64,000 bases of DNA from Parcubacteria group bacterium GW2011_GWA2_48_9. Its GTDB lineage: Bacteria; Patescibacteriota; Patescibacteriia; UBA10025. The stretch covers positions 58,008 through 122,007 of the forward strand of contig LCPQ01000001.1 in assembly GCA_001003705.1 (NCBI GenBank), given 5' to 3'. This document shows, one piece after another, positions 10,815 to 21,366 of this stretch (position 1 is its first letter; each line of letters starts with the position of its first letter). The position numbers and the translations under genes were made by a program. The notes beneath the pieces are model-generated. The model saw nothing but the letters and a program-made list of their open reading frames with translations. It ran no database searches and was not told where the DNA came from.

Positions 10815-12077
10815 CTAAGGGAGATAGTCCAGTGGGTTAACTGGTATGCCGCTGAGACGCACTTCAAAATGAAGATGTGGGCCTGTAGTGAGGCGTCCGG
10901 CGCCAGGTGTGCCCGGCATACCGCCAGAGAGGCCTATCTGCTGTCCCCTAACGACGTACTGCTCTTCAGAAACGTCTATTCTACTGACATGACCAAACAC
11001 GGTTGAAAGCTCGTTTCCATGGACAATCATTATAAAACTATACCCCATTCCAGCGTTTCTAGCTCGAGCTACATATCCATCGGCAGGCGCATAGAGAGCA
11101 GTACCTTGTGGAACTCGAATATCAATGGCTGGATGTTCAAAATACTTTCTGTATGGGTATGTCGGATCCTGGAAGTACGCGGAAATGCCGTTGTGTGACA
11201 TTACGGGCCATGACAACGTAGCGTTGCTATCTAAGAGATCATCCCCACCCTCTCTAAGCTTATCGCGCACATTCTGCTCGATAGTATAGATCTCAGAGTT
11301 AATCTGTTTTTGATCGAGTTGAGCTTCTTCGAGCAGGTCCTCAAATACTTCCTGGCTTTCTTTTGTCTGGTCAAGCAGAGTGAGTTTGTACGTTTGCTGG
11401 CTCTCCAAATCTCCAATGGAAAGAGTAAGCTTGCCCTCCAGGCTAGAAAGCTCTTCTTTCTTTTTCGACTGGACGTTCTGTTCTTCTTCGAGTTCCTGCT
11501 TAGCATCCTTCAGCGAAGTCAGATTTTTTGAAATAGTTGTTTCGATATCCTCAAGAGACTTAACGTAATCAAAGTATCCTGATATCGATGAATTCGTAAG
11601 AAAAACAGCAAGCATGTCGTGGCTGTCGGATATATTGAGCTGGCGAATATACTCAGAAAGTTGCCCCTTGAGCATCCCGAGCATCTCACGGCTTTTCTCT
11701 ATGTCAAGAGTGAGTCGTTCAATCTCTAGCCGTGCACGATCTGACTCAAGTTTAATACGCTCAATGTCGGCGTTAGTTTGAGTTATTTGAGAATCAAGTA
11801 ATGTCAGCTGGCCCTGTATTGATAGAGCCTCTTGGCGTTTGATATCCAGACTTTCTTCATATTGTTCAATCTTCTGATTAATCTCGTCAATGAGCAACTT
11901 TTTCTCCTCAATCTGTTTATTGAGTTCTTGGTACTCTTCCGTTGTCGCATTGTCGCTTGCCTGGGCCGCCAACTCACTGCCGCCGTGCACAAAGTAAAAA
12001 ACCGCCAGTACGAGTATTCCGAGTACCAGTGGAAAAGCGCGCATTAAATGGTTTTGTTTCTGTTTGAAATATACCAT
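10815..12077 (-). CDS. Coiled-coil M23 peptidase (EnvC/CwlO-like murein hydrolase or activator)
   Basis: Signal/TM segment, long coiled coil, HPAID and GPHLHFEV motifs. Confidence 0.88.
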   Translation of the reverse strand: MVYFKQKQNHLMRAFPLVLGILVLAVFYFVHGGSELAAQASDNATTEEYQELNKQIEEKKLLIDEINQKIEQYEESLDIKRQEALSIQGQLTLLDSQITQTNADIERIKLESDRARLEIERLTLDIEKSREMLGMLKGQLSEYIRQLNISDSHDMLAVFLTNSSISGYFDYVKSLEDIETTISKNLTSLKDAKQELEEEQNVQSKKKEELSSLEGKLTLSIGDLESQQTYKLTLLDQTKESQEVFEDLLEEAQLDQKQINSEIYTIEQNVRDKLREGGDDLLDSNATLSWPVMSHNGISAYFQDPTYPYRKYFEHPAIDIRVPQGTALYAPADGYVARARNAGMGYSFIMIVHGNELSTVFGHVSRIDVSEEQYVVRGQQIGLSGGMPGTPGAGRLTTGPHLHFEVRLSGIPVNPLDYLP

Positions 12078-12111
12078 ATCAGCGTTATTGCAGGCACATC
12101 ATAGCACAGAT

Positions 12112-13593
12112 TTAGGCTTTTTTCAAGCCCTGGGCAAGAATGAGGGCCGTAGCTACTCGTTGAGTAATTACCTCTCTTCCAAGTACCGCCATCATGGCAA
12201 ATACATCAGGACTGGCTTTTTTGCCGGATATGGCAACCCGGAGTGGCCAAAGTATTTCGCCATTCTTCTTGCCACTTGATTTTATCCGATTTACAAAAAG
12301 GTCGCGAAGTACGGGCTCAGTAAAGTCTTCGTCATTCATCTTTTCTAATACCTCGGAAACAAAAATAAGTGCGACAAGCGCAGTTTCCTTCGTACCGGGT
12401 GCCGGAATCAATAATGCCGGGTCGTAGGCAATGTCTTTTTGAAAAAAGTAACTCCCCCATTCCCCTATTTCTTCTAAGGTCTCGATGCGATCACGAATGG
12501 AGACGAGAAGATTGGCGAGTTTCTCATCAGAAATTTCTTTGTCGGTAACGAACTTTCGTGCAAAAGGGGCGAGTCTGTTCGGCTCCATCGTACGTAGGTA
12601 CGATGCGTTTGTCCATCGCATTTTCTGAATATCAAAAATTGATGGTGCCTTATTAACTTTTTCAATAGAAAATCCATTTGTAAGCTGATTGAGAGTGAAA
12701 AATTCTCGATCGCCCCCTGGATTCCACCCAAGTAACGCGATGTAGTTAATGACCGCTTGAGGGAGAAATCCGCGCTGCCTGTATTCAAGCGCTGGTTCTG
12801 CGCCGTGTCGTTTAGAGAGTTTGGTTCTGTCACTGCCGAGGATCATCGGCAAGTGTGCAAAAAATGGCGGTGTCCATTCAAGGGCTTTGTAAAGAAGTAT
12901 ATGCTTGGGTGTCGAAGGGAGCCATTCTTCGGCACGTATGACATGAGATATGTTCATTAAGTGGTCGTCTACAACATTTGCGAGATGATACGTAGGAAAT
13001 CCATCAGACTTAAGCAACACCTGGTCGTCGATAGTCGCACACTCAAACGTTACCTCTCCTCTAATCATGTCTCGAAATGTTAAGCTACCTTCGGTTGGAA
13101 CACGTAAGCGTATTGTATGGGATGTGCCAGAGACGAGTCGTGACTTCACCTCAGATGGGTTTAGAGCGCGACACAGACCATCATAGCGCGGAGTTTGTTT
13201 TTCACTAGCTTGTTTTTTCCGCAAGGAGTCTAGTCGCTCCGTAGTGCAAAAACACGGGTAGGCAGCACTTCGTTCAAGTAATTCACTAACGTGTGTTTGA
13301 TAGATCTTTTTTCGTTTTGATTGAATGTAGGGACCGGCATCGCCGATTGACTTTTCAAATGGATCCAATGGATCCGGACCTTCGTCCCATATGAGTCCGT
13401 ACCACTGCAACGCTTCTATAATATTTGCAAGCGATTCTGGGACGTATCTCGCCGCATCAGTGTCTTCAATTCGTAAAATAAAGGTGCCACCGTGTTTTTT
13501 TGCAAAAAGGTAATTAAATAAGGCTGTTCGCAGGCCTCCAATATGCAGAAAACCAGTCGGTGATGGTGCGAATCGCACCCGTACGTTCTTCAT
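12112..13593 (-). CDS. gltX: Glutamyl-tRNA synthetase
   Basis: RFAPSPTGFLHIGG (HIGH) and KLSKR motifs; start ATG 13593 overlaps upstream stop. Confidence 0.96.
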   Translation of the reverse strand: MKNVRVRFAPSPTGFLHIGGLRTALFNYLFAKKHGGTFILRIEDTDAARYVPESLANIIEALQWYGLIWDEGPDPLDPFEKSIGDAGPYIQSKRKKIYQTHVSELLERSAAYPCFCTTERLDSLRKKQASEKQTPRYDGLCRALNPSEVKSRLVSGTSHTIRLRVPTEGSLTFRDMIRGEVTFECATIDDQVLLKSDGFPTYHLANVVDDHLMNISHVIRAEEWLPSTPKHILLYKALEWTPPFFAHLPMILGSDRTKLSKRHGAEPALEYRQRGFLPQAVINYIALLGWNPGGDREFFTLNQLTNGFSIEKVNKAPSIFDIQKMRWTNASYLRTMEPNRLAPFARKFVTDKEISDEKLANLLVSIRDRIETLEEIGEWGSYFFQKDIAYDPALLIPAPGTKETALVALIFVSEVLEKMNDEDFTEPVLRDLFVNRIKSSGKKNGEILWPLRVAISGKKASPDVFAMMAVLGREVITQRVATALILAQGLKKA

Positions 13594-14642
13594 ATAATAT
13601 CCTTGATAAAGTAATAGATCTCTGCGAGAACGCCAACACCAAAAAGTGTGCCGACCAGTATAATCCACAAGGGCGAGCGTGCTTTTTCCGGCTCGAACTT
13701 TTTCTTAGCCTTGCGATACATTGCGAGGATGAGTAACCCTTCAAATCCAAGGAGAATGCCGCCAATGAGTGAAATAACCCAAATAAAATCGTTGAGGCCA
13801 AAAAAGTACAGTGCAAGTGGCACAACGCAAGCAAGAAGCCATGCGTAGAATTTCCTCACGCCAAAATCGTATCGATAGGTATTTGTGATGCTTAAACCAA
13901 GGGCCAAAAAAGAGGTAAAGGTAGTAATAAATCCAAAGACGTAGCCGAGTGTTATGACACCGTCACCGAGTGATGACGTGAGTCCGGATATTGCCTCGAT
14001 TGAGGTATCGGAGCCCGTGATACCCAGAACGAGAAAAACGAACAGAAGGTATATTGTTAAACTGACGAAAAGACCAGCTACAAGTACTCGCGAAAATACT
14101 CGGCCTGAAACACCGACGATATCGCGAATCTCTGGAATAACCGAGCTGCCCCAAAATGAAAACATGACGGCGCCAAATGGCAATAAAAGATTTTCAGGAT
14201 AAAAAGTGTTTAAATTTGAAAATTCAATTTTCTTCCAACCTGCTATAACAAGCCCTGTGACAATAATAATGAAAATAGCTAGAAAAAAAAGTTCTGTGGA
14301 AGCGATAGATTTCCTTCCTCTGAGAACTAATGTCGCACCAATACTAAAAAAAATGAGGACCCCAAAAATATCGGGTAGTGGGAATAACGTGCTTGAGAAA
14401 AGATCGGACAGAAACCCCCCGCCAACGATAAGGTATGCGAGCAAGCTTCCCGTAAAACCAATAACCACCACGTATGCATATGCACTATGTATGAAGTATA
14501 CGATTCCTCCAAGTACGACGCAGTATACCAACGTAGGAATAAAGCCGACTCGACTGGCAATGTAGGGCAAGCCAAAAATACCTACCCCTATGACCGTACC
14601 GGAAAGCACCGCTAGCCCAAGAAAGAATTTTTTCCATTCCAT
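13590..14642 (-). CDS. Aromatic amino acid permease family protein (apparent in-frame internal deletion near 14465)
   Basis: GTVIGVGIFGLP, GSLLAYLIVGG, TSFL motifs; loop between TM2 and TM3 appears missing. Confidence 0.75.
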   Translation of the reverse strand: MEWKKFFLGLAVLSGTVIGVGIFGLPYIASRVGFIPTLVYCVVLGGIVYFIHSAYAYVVVIGFTGSLLAYLIVGGGFLSDLFSSTLFPLPDIFGVLIFFSIGATLVLRGRKSIASTELFFLAIFIIIVTGLVIAGWKKIEFSNLNTFYPENLLLPFGAVMFSFWGSSVIPEIRDIVGVSGRVFSRVLVAGLFVSLTIYLLFVFLVLGITGSDTSIEAISGLTSSLGDGVITLGYVFGFITTFTSFLALGLSITNTYRYDFGVRKFYAWLLACVVPLALYFFGLNDFIWVISLIGGILLGFEGLLILAMYRKAKKKFEPEKARSPLWIILVGTLFGVGVLAEIYYFIKDII

Positions 14643-14688
14643 GAGGTAAGTATACCACCACAAGACCTTTTTTTAAAGGTTTTTTTAT

Positions 14689-15848
14689 TTACTCATCCTG
14701 AAGTACCAAGTCCTGTTCCGTGCCAGTTTTAAGCATCAAATCTGATCGGGGGGTAGATGTACTCACCGTTTTTCGGAAGCCGATTCGGTCAGGCGCGTGC
14801 ACAGGGGCAAGACGATGTAAAGTGCCCCAATGCACCGTTTCTTCCCCAAAGCGGTCATTCAAGACATCCATGGCGGCATAGACCGCGTCTTTTCGCGGCT
14901 GTGCCCAAAAACATCCTTGGTGCGATAACGTCCTCAGTCGAAAGACGCCGATGGCGAACGACTGCGCAGTATACGAACCAATCAGGCGTTCCAGGATACG
15001 CCAACCAAGCCGAAATATCTCGTCACCCCCCGTAAGAGAGCGGCTGAGAGTAACGTTTTTCCCATAGTAGCCACCTTCGCGAAGACCGACCGAAACGAAA
15101 AGCCCCTGTGCTTCCAGTCCGCGTGTACGCACATCCCTGCCAGTACGTTCCGCAAGCCGCATGAGTACTGACTGATAAAACCTCCGGTCAGTCGTACGGG
15201 TACGCAAAACATGTGAGTGCCCGATGGATTTCGGCTGTTCGACTGGCGTGGCCAGACGCGCCGGGGCGAGTTCGATACCATTGACATTCGCCCAAAGTTC
15301 ATGTCCTCTGATGCCGAGCAAACGCTTCAAGGCGTGCGGCTCGCACATCATGAGTTCGTCGAGCGTCCGAATGCCCAAAAGATGGAGACGGGCGGCAGTG
15401 CGATCAGCGATGCCCCACGCTTCTATCAGGTCGCGCCCCTTGAGATACCCCAAAAGGTTGTTGCGACTCAAAACCACTATCCCTCCTTTTTCACACGTGT
15501 CAGAACCGAATTTGGCCAGCCATCGAGTCGGCGCGATGCCTATGGAGTTCGTACATCCGAATACTGCCTGATGATAGAAAAGATTTTTTCAGTCGTCGAA
15601 CGGTACTTCGACGGATCGACTTCTACTAATATGATATCTGGGTATAAAAACTTTGCCTCGTCGGCACGACAACCGGTCTTAATGCCCACCGCCTTCGCTT
15701 CCTTCGATGAAGCGAGAATACACCCGTGCGGTGTCATGGTGGCGACAACTCCCAAGGGTTTCCCGCGTAGCGTAGGATTCGCCTGCTGCTCAACGCTGGC
15801 AAAGTACGAATTCATGTCCAGATGCATAATGATGCGCTTCGCTGGCAT
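14689..15848 (-). pseudogene. dinB: Y-family DNA polymerase IV (DinB), split by a deletion/frameshift near 15550
   Basis: N-part HLDMNSYFASVE...; C-part in another frame SIGIAPTRWLAK, PKSIGHS, DRFGE; catalytic SIDE segment absent. Confidence 0.85.
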
Positions 15849-15862
15849 ATATGACAGTATCG

Positions 15863-16111
15863 CTATTCAATTTGTATCTCACTCAATACCCATATCAGGC
15901 GCTCAGGGTCATACTCCAGTCCATACGTGTTTCCTCCGTCTGAAACGGCAAAACACCATACATAGCGGGAACCTACCCGTTTCCGATATACCAAGTTCAC
16001 CCTTTCCACATCATATCGCTTTCCTGCCCGTAAAAAGGCTAAAGGACGGACTTTCACGCCGTCAAAGTCCACAACCACCCGTATGGGCTCCCGCATGCGT
16101 TCTACGAGCAT
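15863..16111 (-). CDS. Small beta-rich hypothetical protein co-transcribed with dinB
   Basis: 82 aa ORF ending 14 nt before the dinB start, directly downstream of the promoter. Confidence 0.75.
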   Translation of the reverse strand: MLVERMREPIRVVVDFDGVKVRPLAFLRAGKRYDVERVNLVYRKRVGSRYVWCFAVSDGGNTYGLEYDPERLIWVLSEIQIE

Positions 16112-16170
16112 ATAATGCGTCTGAGAGGGTCCTTATTTATGGGTAATCCCCTTCTAAACCCTCTGCATTC

Positions 16171-16199
16171 ATTATACCGAAGAAAAACCGAACATGCAA
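16171..16199 (-). promoter_or_regulatory. Promoter TTGCAT-N17-TATAAT with TTCGG-N6-TTCGG direct repeat (putative LexA operator)
   Basis: Minus strand reads TTGCAT G TTCGG TTTTTC TTCGG TATAAT. Confidence 0.75.
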
Positions 16200-16210
16200 G
16201 CCCCACGTGA

Positions 16211-16261
16211 CGCTCGTCCTGAAGCTACGCGATAGTGAAGCAGAAGGACCTCATTGAGCGA
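16211..16261. repeat. Nested intergenic hairpin, REP-like
   Basis: CGCTC/GAGCG and GTCCT/AGGAC arms enclosing GAAGCT...GAAGC. Confidence 0.35.
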
Positions 16262-16299
16262 CGCTGGCCAGATAACACCTTCTGTCCTAGCGGGAGCAC

Positions 16300-17253
16300 T
16301 TATACATTTTTTACTTCCACTGGTGATGTGCTGGTAAAAGCAGTGTCAACAGTAGGCCGAGGAGGTTCGATGTATTTTCTTCCAGACCTCTGCACCATGT
16401 AAATCGATCCCACAAGAATGATGCCACCAATGACTTGAGTTGTTACCAAAGCTTGATCAAGAAAAATCCAGTTGAGCGCTACCGCTGAAAACGGAAAAAC
16501 CAGCTCAGCAATTGTTGCTACGGAAGCTTTAGTTGATTTGAGGCCGTAGTAATAAATGAGTAGGGCTCCTGTACCCGTAAAAACTGTGATGAGTAGCAGA
16601 CGAGTAATATCTGTGCCAGACAATCCTCCCAGAAGGTGGAGGGTTCGCTGTGTGACGATAAAAAACAACATAAAGAGTAATGCAACGCTCAAACGGAGTG
16701 ATGTCAAGGCTGGATATGTTAACTTACGAAGCACATACCTACCCATCACTGTTGACCCGCCCCAAAAGAAAGCAGCCAAGAGCGCATACCATACCCCTTT
16801 CATACTCGTGAGCGAAAGGTTTCCTATCCCGTCCGGGAATGAAACGAAGTATGCGCCTCCAAGCGCCAAAAGCGTCCAGATCCAAAACGATGTGGCGAGA
16901 CGTTCTTTGAGGAGAAGCGCCGCTAATACTAATGCGATTATCGGCTGAGTTTTTTGCAATAAGATCGCTACGGTTGGCGAAACATATGTAAATGCAGACG
17001 TGAAAAAATACGTCGCCAGAGCCGAACCCCCGACGGCGATAAACAGCACTGCCCACAACTCCTTCCGATTCAATGCCTCAAACTGTTTTCTACTCTTCCA
17101 AAGAATTGGAAGAAGTAAAATAGCCCCAAAAAGATGCTCATAAAAAACAATCGTCGAGCTCGAGATACCCTCCGTTAACGGCTGACGAAGTAATGAATCA
17201 GCACTCCAAAGTAGAGCCGCTATCATTATGAAAAATGCACCGTACTTCCGCAT
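16300..17253 (-). CDS. EamA/DMT family transporter
   Basis: About 10 TM helices in two EamA repeats (LLKERL, YYYGLK..KASVA). Confidence 0.9.
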   Translation of the reverse strand: MRKYGAFFIMIAALLWSADSLLRQPLTEGISSSTIVFYEHLFGAILLLPILWKSRKQFEALNRKELWAVLFIAVGGSALATYFFTSAFTYVSPTVAILLQKTQPIIALVLAALLLKERLATSFWIWTLLALGGAYFVSFPDGIGNLSLTSMKGVWYALLAAFFWGGSTVMGRYVLRKLTYPALTSLRLSVALLFMLFFIVTQRTLHLLGGLSGTDITRLLLITVFTGTGALLIYYYGLKSTKASVATIAELVFPFSAVALNWIFLDQALVTTQVIGGIILVGSIYMVQRSGRKYIEPPRPTVDTAFTSTSPVEVKNV

Positions 17254-17335
17254 ATTGGAGCTAAGAGTACACCCCCCTATGTATCGGTGTCAATATTCCT
17301 TCGCAGGACTTATTCTTAATTTGTATCTTTTCCTT

Positions 17336-19279
17336 TTACAATTCCTCCCACGTCTCATCCAAAGCTCTCCAAATTCCACCTGGCCCTGAAGTAAATGATG
17401 TACTGGCAAGACCTGACTCGTACGTGACCTCCACATTATTATCGAGCTGTAACAAATACCCAGTCGCCTCATTCAACTCAGCGTTATTACTTATTTCAAG
17501 CATCCCTTGGCTCGTGAAGAAAATAGCGCCGCTGACATTATTTTGGATATGTATTGCAGGGTCTGTAAGAGCAGTTATACCCTTGTTTGTAGATGCAACC
17601 ATGACATAGCTATCAGCTGCGCCGGACCCCTGAATGTCACCATTATTGTTTATAACTACTTTTCCTTGTGTTTGTTGGTATGAAGGGTCGTCAACGATAA
17701 TAACTGAACTTTGGGATCCAAAGGATGGGGACAGTTTGATATCAGCGTTGTTATCTATGGTAAGATTGCCTTTGACCCAAATAATACCATTCATTGTTAC
17801 TTGGGCGCTGTTAGTTATGAAAAGGTTTCCATCTATCTTCACGGGACCAAGAGTGGTTCCATTTGGCACTGTATATGTAGTTCCCACCCCTCCTGGCGGA
17901 GTAACGACTCCTCCTATTTCAGCATCAATTTCCCACTGCTTAATCTGTGCATTTGAAATCGGCATGTTCTCTGGAGGCGCGTCAACAGGAGGATCAACTG
18001 CGGTTGGGCAGGTTTTTACTCCGGATACCGTGTTGCTGCTCTCAGTTTCACACGTGAGATTGCCACTGATCACTGAGTTCGTCACATTCTCGGCGGTTAC
18101 ATTCCCGGCAATGGTACCTTGGTTGATTGACCCGCATTCCACATCACCAGCTACGGTCGTGCTTTCCATGATCTGACATTCGACATTGGCGGAGATATTT
18201 GAAGTTTGAATAGTATTGGCATGAACAAATCCTCCGGCTGTCGCCGGCACTCGCAAACCAGTAATGGAGGTCGGGACCCCACCCATGAAGACTTTAAAAC
18301 CGAAATCGGCGTTTGCGCTCTGCCATGGGTCGCTACCCCAGTCTTTGGAAAACATACCGATCCCGTTCCCGTAACCCGCGTTATCGTGAGCCCCCCATAT
18401 CCAATACTTACTGGCATTTTTACTACCTACGTCAAAAATTATCCAGTACGTAGATCCTTTTATGAGAGGTGGGGTGGTGTTAAAAGTAATATCTATCCAA
18501 CCATATGTAGTGGTCACCAGTGTTGCATTCAGTGTCCCGGAGGCAAGTTCTGTAGTTCCGGGTAATCCAGCATTATCTGTCACTATATGCATCGTAGCGT
18601 TCGATGGGCTGCCGACTTTTTTTATATATAAGCTGATTTTATTCATGACATTTGTTTCTCCTGCTTTGAAGCTCTGTGCAGCATCAGTTTCATTGGTTGT
18701 CCTTCCGACATCATATTCAGAGCTCTGGACTATCTGGCTTTGGTCAGGTGTAAGGGCGGTCCCCCCGGCGACAATGACACTTCCTTGTATTTCAGCGTTG
18801 TTACCGGCGGTGATACTGCCATTCGAGTAGACATTCCCTTTCACAATCGCATTATTGTCCATATTAAGCCCCCCTTCACCTACTTGAACACCGTAATAAA
18901 AGGATGCCTCACTTGTTGCGGGTTCGTCTGTTGCTGTTACCCGTATAGTTCGTTGCACATTGCCTGTGGTTCCGACGGATGTAACCTCCTTGTTGTCACC
19001 AACAACAGCTACTGAAACAGAAAAGGAACCCGCGCCCAGTTGAGTAGTTTCTCCGATGTATGGATTACCACATACGGCAGGCTTGTTAAGACACCAGAGT
19101 GCCCGATCAATTCCTGCTTCAGCAAGCTGAAAAGCAAGTGTCCGACGCGTCTCTTTGCGCAACACAAAAGAGTTATAGGCAGTGGTCGAGGTAATCGCGA
19201 GGACGATTACAATGGCAGAACTCACCATGATCAGTGCCAGTATGAGTGCCTGTCCTTTATTTGTTCCTGAGACGTGCAT
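17336..19279 (-). CDS. PilX-like minor pilin / large surface protein
   Basis: KG|QALILAL prepilin-like N-terminus, AFQLAEAGI motif, beta-helix-like repeats. Confidence 0.75.
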   Translation of the reverse strand: MHVSGTNKGQALILALIMVSSAIVIVLAITSTTAYNSFVLRKETRRTLAFQLAEAGIDRALWCLNKPAVCGNPYIGETTQLGAGSFSVSVAVVGDNKEVTSVGTTGNVQRTIRVTATDEPATSEASFYYGVQVGEGGLNMDNNAIVKGNVYSNGSITAGNNAEIQGSVIVAGGTALTPDQSQIVQSSEYDVGRTTNETDAAQSFKAGETNVMNKISLYIKKVGSPSNATMHIVTDNAGLPGTTELASGTLNATLVTTTYGWIDITFNTTPPLIKGSTYWIIFDVGSKNASKYWIWGAHDNAGYGNGIGMFSKDWGSDPWQSANADFGFKVFMGGVPTSITGLRVPATAGGFVHANTIQTSNISANVECQIMESTTVAGDVECGSINQGTIAGNVTAENVTNSVISGNLTCETESSNTVSGVKTCPTAVDPPVDAPPENMPISNAQIKQWEIDAEIGGVVTPPGGVGTTYTVPNGTTLGPVKIDGNLFITNSAQVTMNGIIWVKGNLTIDNNADIKLSPSFGSQSSVIIVDDPSYQQTQGKVVINNNGDIQGSGAADSYVMVASTNKGITALTDPAIHIQNNVSGAIFFTSQGMLEISNNAELNEATGYLLQLDNNVEVTYESGLASTSFTSGPGGIWRALDETWEEL

Positions 19280-19847
19280 GTGTTTGTAATGTGTGAGTTA
19301 GTGTGCGCTGACCAGCTATGGTAGATATGGTAAACGTACTTGCGACATCGTAACTATTCTCCGGATCGGTATCGGTATAAGTAAACGTGAGATCTTCTAT
19401 GTGAGATCCGAGAACTTCCGTTCTGTCTGTGCGCGAACTCGTATCATCTGCATCGGTAACGCGAAGCATTTTTGTAGTATCGAGAGGATCCAAGGTGAGA
19501 ACCATGTAATCGTATGTATTCGGAATAATAGATCCGTCACCATCAATGGCAAGCGCCTCAAGAATTACTGTAGTTGAACCTGTGAGGTATGGCTGAGAAA
19601 GGATACTCTTCGATTGGACGATCCTTGATGAAGGAAGTACTGTGTCACTAATGCGCTTTGCTATTGTCGACGCTTCAAATAGTAACTCCTGCTTTACGCG
19701 AGAATCACGAGCTGTCCGTGAAAAATTAATAAAGAGCGGACCAAGTAGTGTGACTAAAGTGACAAGCACCCCGATAGTAATGAGCATATCAACAAGAGTG
19801 AATGCTCCTCTAGGTTTCGTTGTGTTCCTTAAGAATCGTACAGGCAT
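19257..19847 (-). CDS. Prepilin-type (PilW-like) protein
   Basis: GAFTLVDMLITIG type IV N-methylation-like motif. Confidence 0.75.
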   Translation of the reverse strand: MPVRFLRNTTKPRGAFTLVDMLITIGVLVTLVTLLGPLFINFSRTARDSRVKQELLFEASTIAKRISDTVLPSSRIVQSKSILSQPYLTGSTTVILEALAIDGDGSIIPNTYDYMVLTLDPLDTTKMLRVTDADDTSSRTDRTEVLGSHIEDLTFTYTDTDPENSYDVASTFTISTIAGQRTLTHTLQTHARLRNK

Positions 19848-20730
19848 TAAGGTAAAACACTCAGTCTATTAATATAGATGGTGTTAGAGAGCGACTGAAG
19901 CGTTGCCACCCGGAAGCAACCTGATCTACTGTTTCTGTAACTGCTGGAAAACTCCAGAAGTTACTTGTTATATTTGATACAAAAACATCATCAAAGTCGG
20001 CGGTAACACCGTCGAGTGCCGCGAGCGCATAGAGCCCTTGATCAAATGTGTTGTCATTGATGGGTGCACCGGTTTCATAGCTCCCATTAATGGAGATAGT
20101 AAACGCTCCGCCAGTCGCCGTTACCCGCATCGAATACCACACATCTTTCGAAAATGCTTTCGCCTTTGTCCAGAGTTGAGTCTGCACTCCTTCTACCACA
20201 CGAACCATTGTTATCTGAGCCGCAGATACACTAATAAGGTAGTAATTCTGCGTGTCATGATAGCGTATGTACATCCCGGTGCGCCAGCTAGCTTGGGATT
20301 CGTTTCGTGCACGGAAATATAACTCCATGGTAGCATCTCCAATGCGCCCGACAGGGACAATCTGCCTACTTGGATTTGCACTGCCAGTAGCACTGCCAGC
20401 TGCATAGACATAGGGTGAAGACCTTGGGTTCACAGGGTCTTGAATTGACCAATTTCCGCTGTTGTAGCCAACTTCAATGAAAGATGTCGCGGTTCGATTT
20501 CCTAAATCAGCAAAAGACGCGCTACGCAAAGCCTCCACCTCCTCGATCAGTAATTGGCGCGCAAGTGTTAGGTATTGGCTATGTCGCTGTAGCCTCTGGG
20601 TGTTACTGAATCCTGCAACAACAATCACGAGAATAGTCACTACACCAATTGCTATGACTGTCTCAATGAGGCCTACTCCGCTTCGCCCTGCAAAAGATTG
20701 GCGTGCACTCGCCGTACGTATATCCTCCAT
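19847..20730 (-). CDS. Prepilin-type (PilV-like) protein with lectin-like domain; frameshifted near 19895
   Basis: GVGLIETVIAIG motif; alternative frame SLSNTIYINRLSVLP* ends with TAATG overlap on the next gene. Confidence 0.65.
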
Positions 20731-20796
20731 GTGTGGGTGTATTATACCATATTTATACAAAAAATCAACCCACTTGTGAAACTGTCAGTTTTTTAA

Positions 20797-21366
20797 TTAT
20801 TGAGTTCTTACCGAAAATCGAATATCTTCGACTCGGTGTAAATTTCTTTTTGCGTCGTCAAACTTCTGTCGCAAATAGCCAGTAAGATTGCAACGAAGAA
20901 GTTCTTCGACAACATGTTCAACAACAGCATGTACGGTGTCTACACGTGCCTTATCGCCTTGTGTCGCAGCGGCAACTGATAATCTCACTAATTCACCAGT
21001 AACATCGGCGAGTGCGCCGATAGTTTCATCATACTCGGGCTCAAATGGTGTGGTGATCTCAATAGTCCCTTTGGTAACAAATGTATAATACATCAGTGCT
21101 TCAAGGTACTCTTCCATAGCTGCACGAATTGAACCTTCATATCGTAGCTTAGACTCTCGCTTCCACATGGAACGCAGTTTTTTCAAATCTCGTTCCGCCT
21201 CACGAATTTCCCTACGCGCTTCTTTGACATTGTCACGATGCAGCGAAAAAATTGCACGTTTCGAGTGTTGAAGCGCGCCTTGGGAGTACGCAAACGATTT
21301 TGAACGTGACTGACTGAAGGCTTGGGCAGCTGATAGTAGCGATCGAAAAAAGCGTGATTCAGACAT
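20797..21366 (-). CDS. Translin/TRAX family protein
   Basis: SKRAIFSLHR, EEYLEA, GALADVTGELVR and LRQKFD motifs. Confidence 0.85.
   Translation of the reverse strand: MSESRFFRSLLSAAQAFSQSRSKSFAYSQGALQHSKRAIFSLHRDNVKEARREIREAERDLKKLRSMWKRESKLRYEGSIRAAMEEYLEALMYYTFVTKGTIEITTPFEPEYDETIGALADVTGELVRLSVAAATQGDKARVDTVHAVVEHVVEELLRCNLTGYLRQKFDDAKRNLHRVEDIRFSVRTQ

Noticed and set aside
15540-15560. Programmed frameshift in dinB (also considered for transketolase and pfkB)
   Set aside because: No slippery sequence, and conserved catalytic segments are missing, so recoding could not restore the proteins.
15217-16146. 309-aa plus-strand ORF
   Set aside because: Antisense shadow of dinB and its upstream gene; no recognisable motifs.
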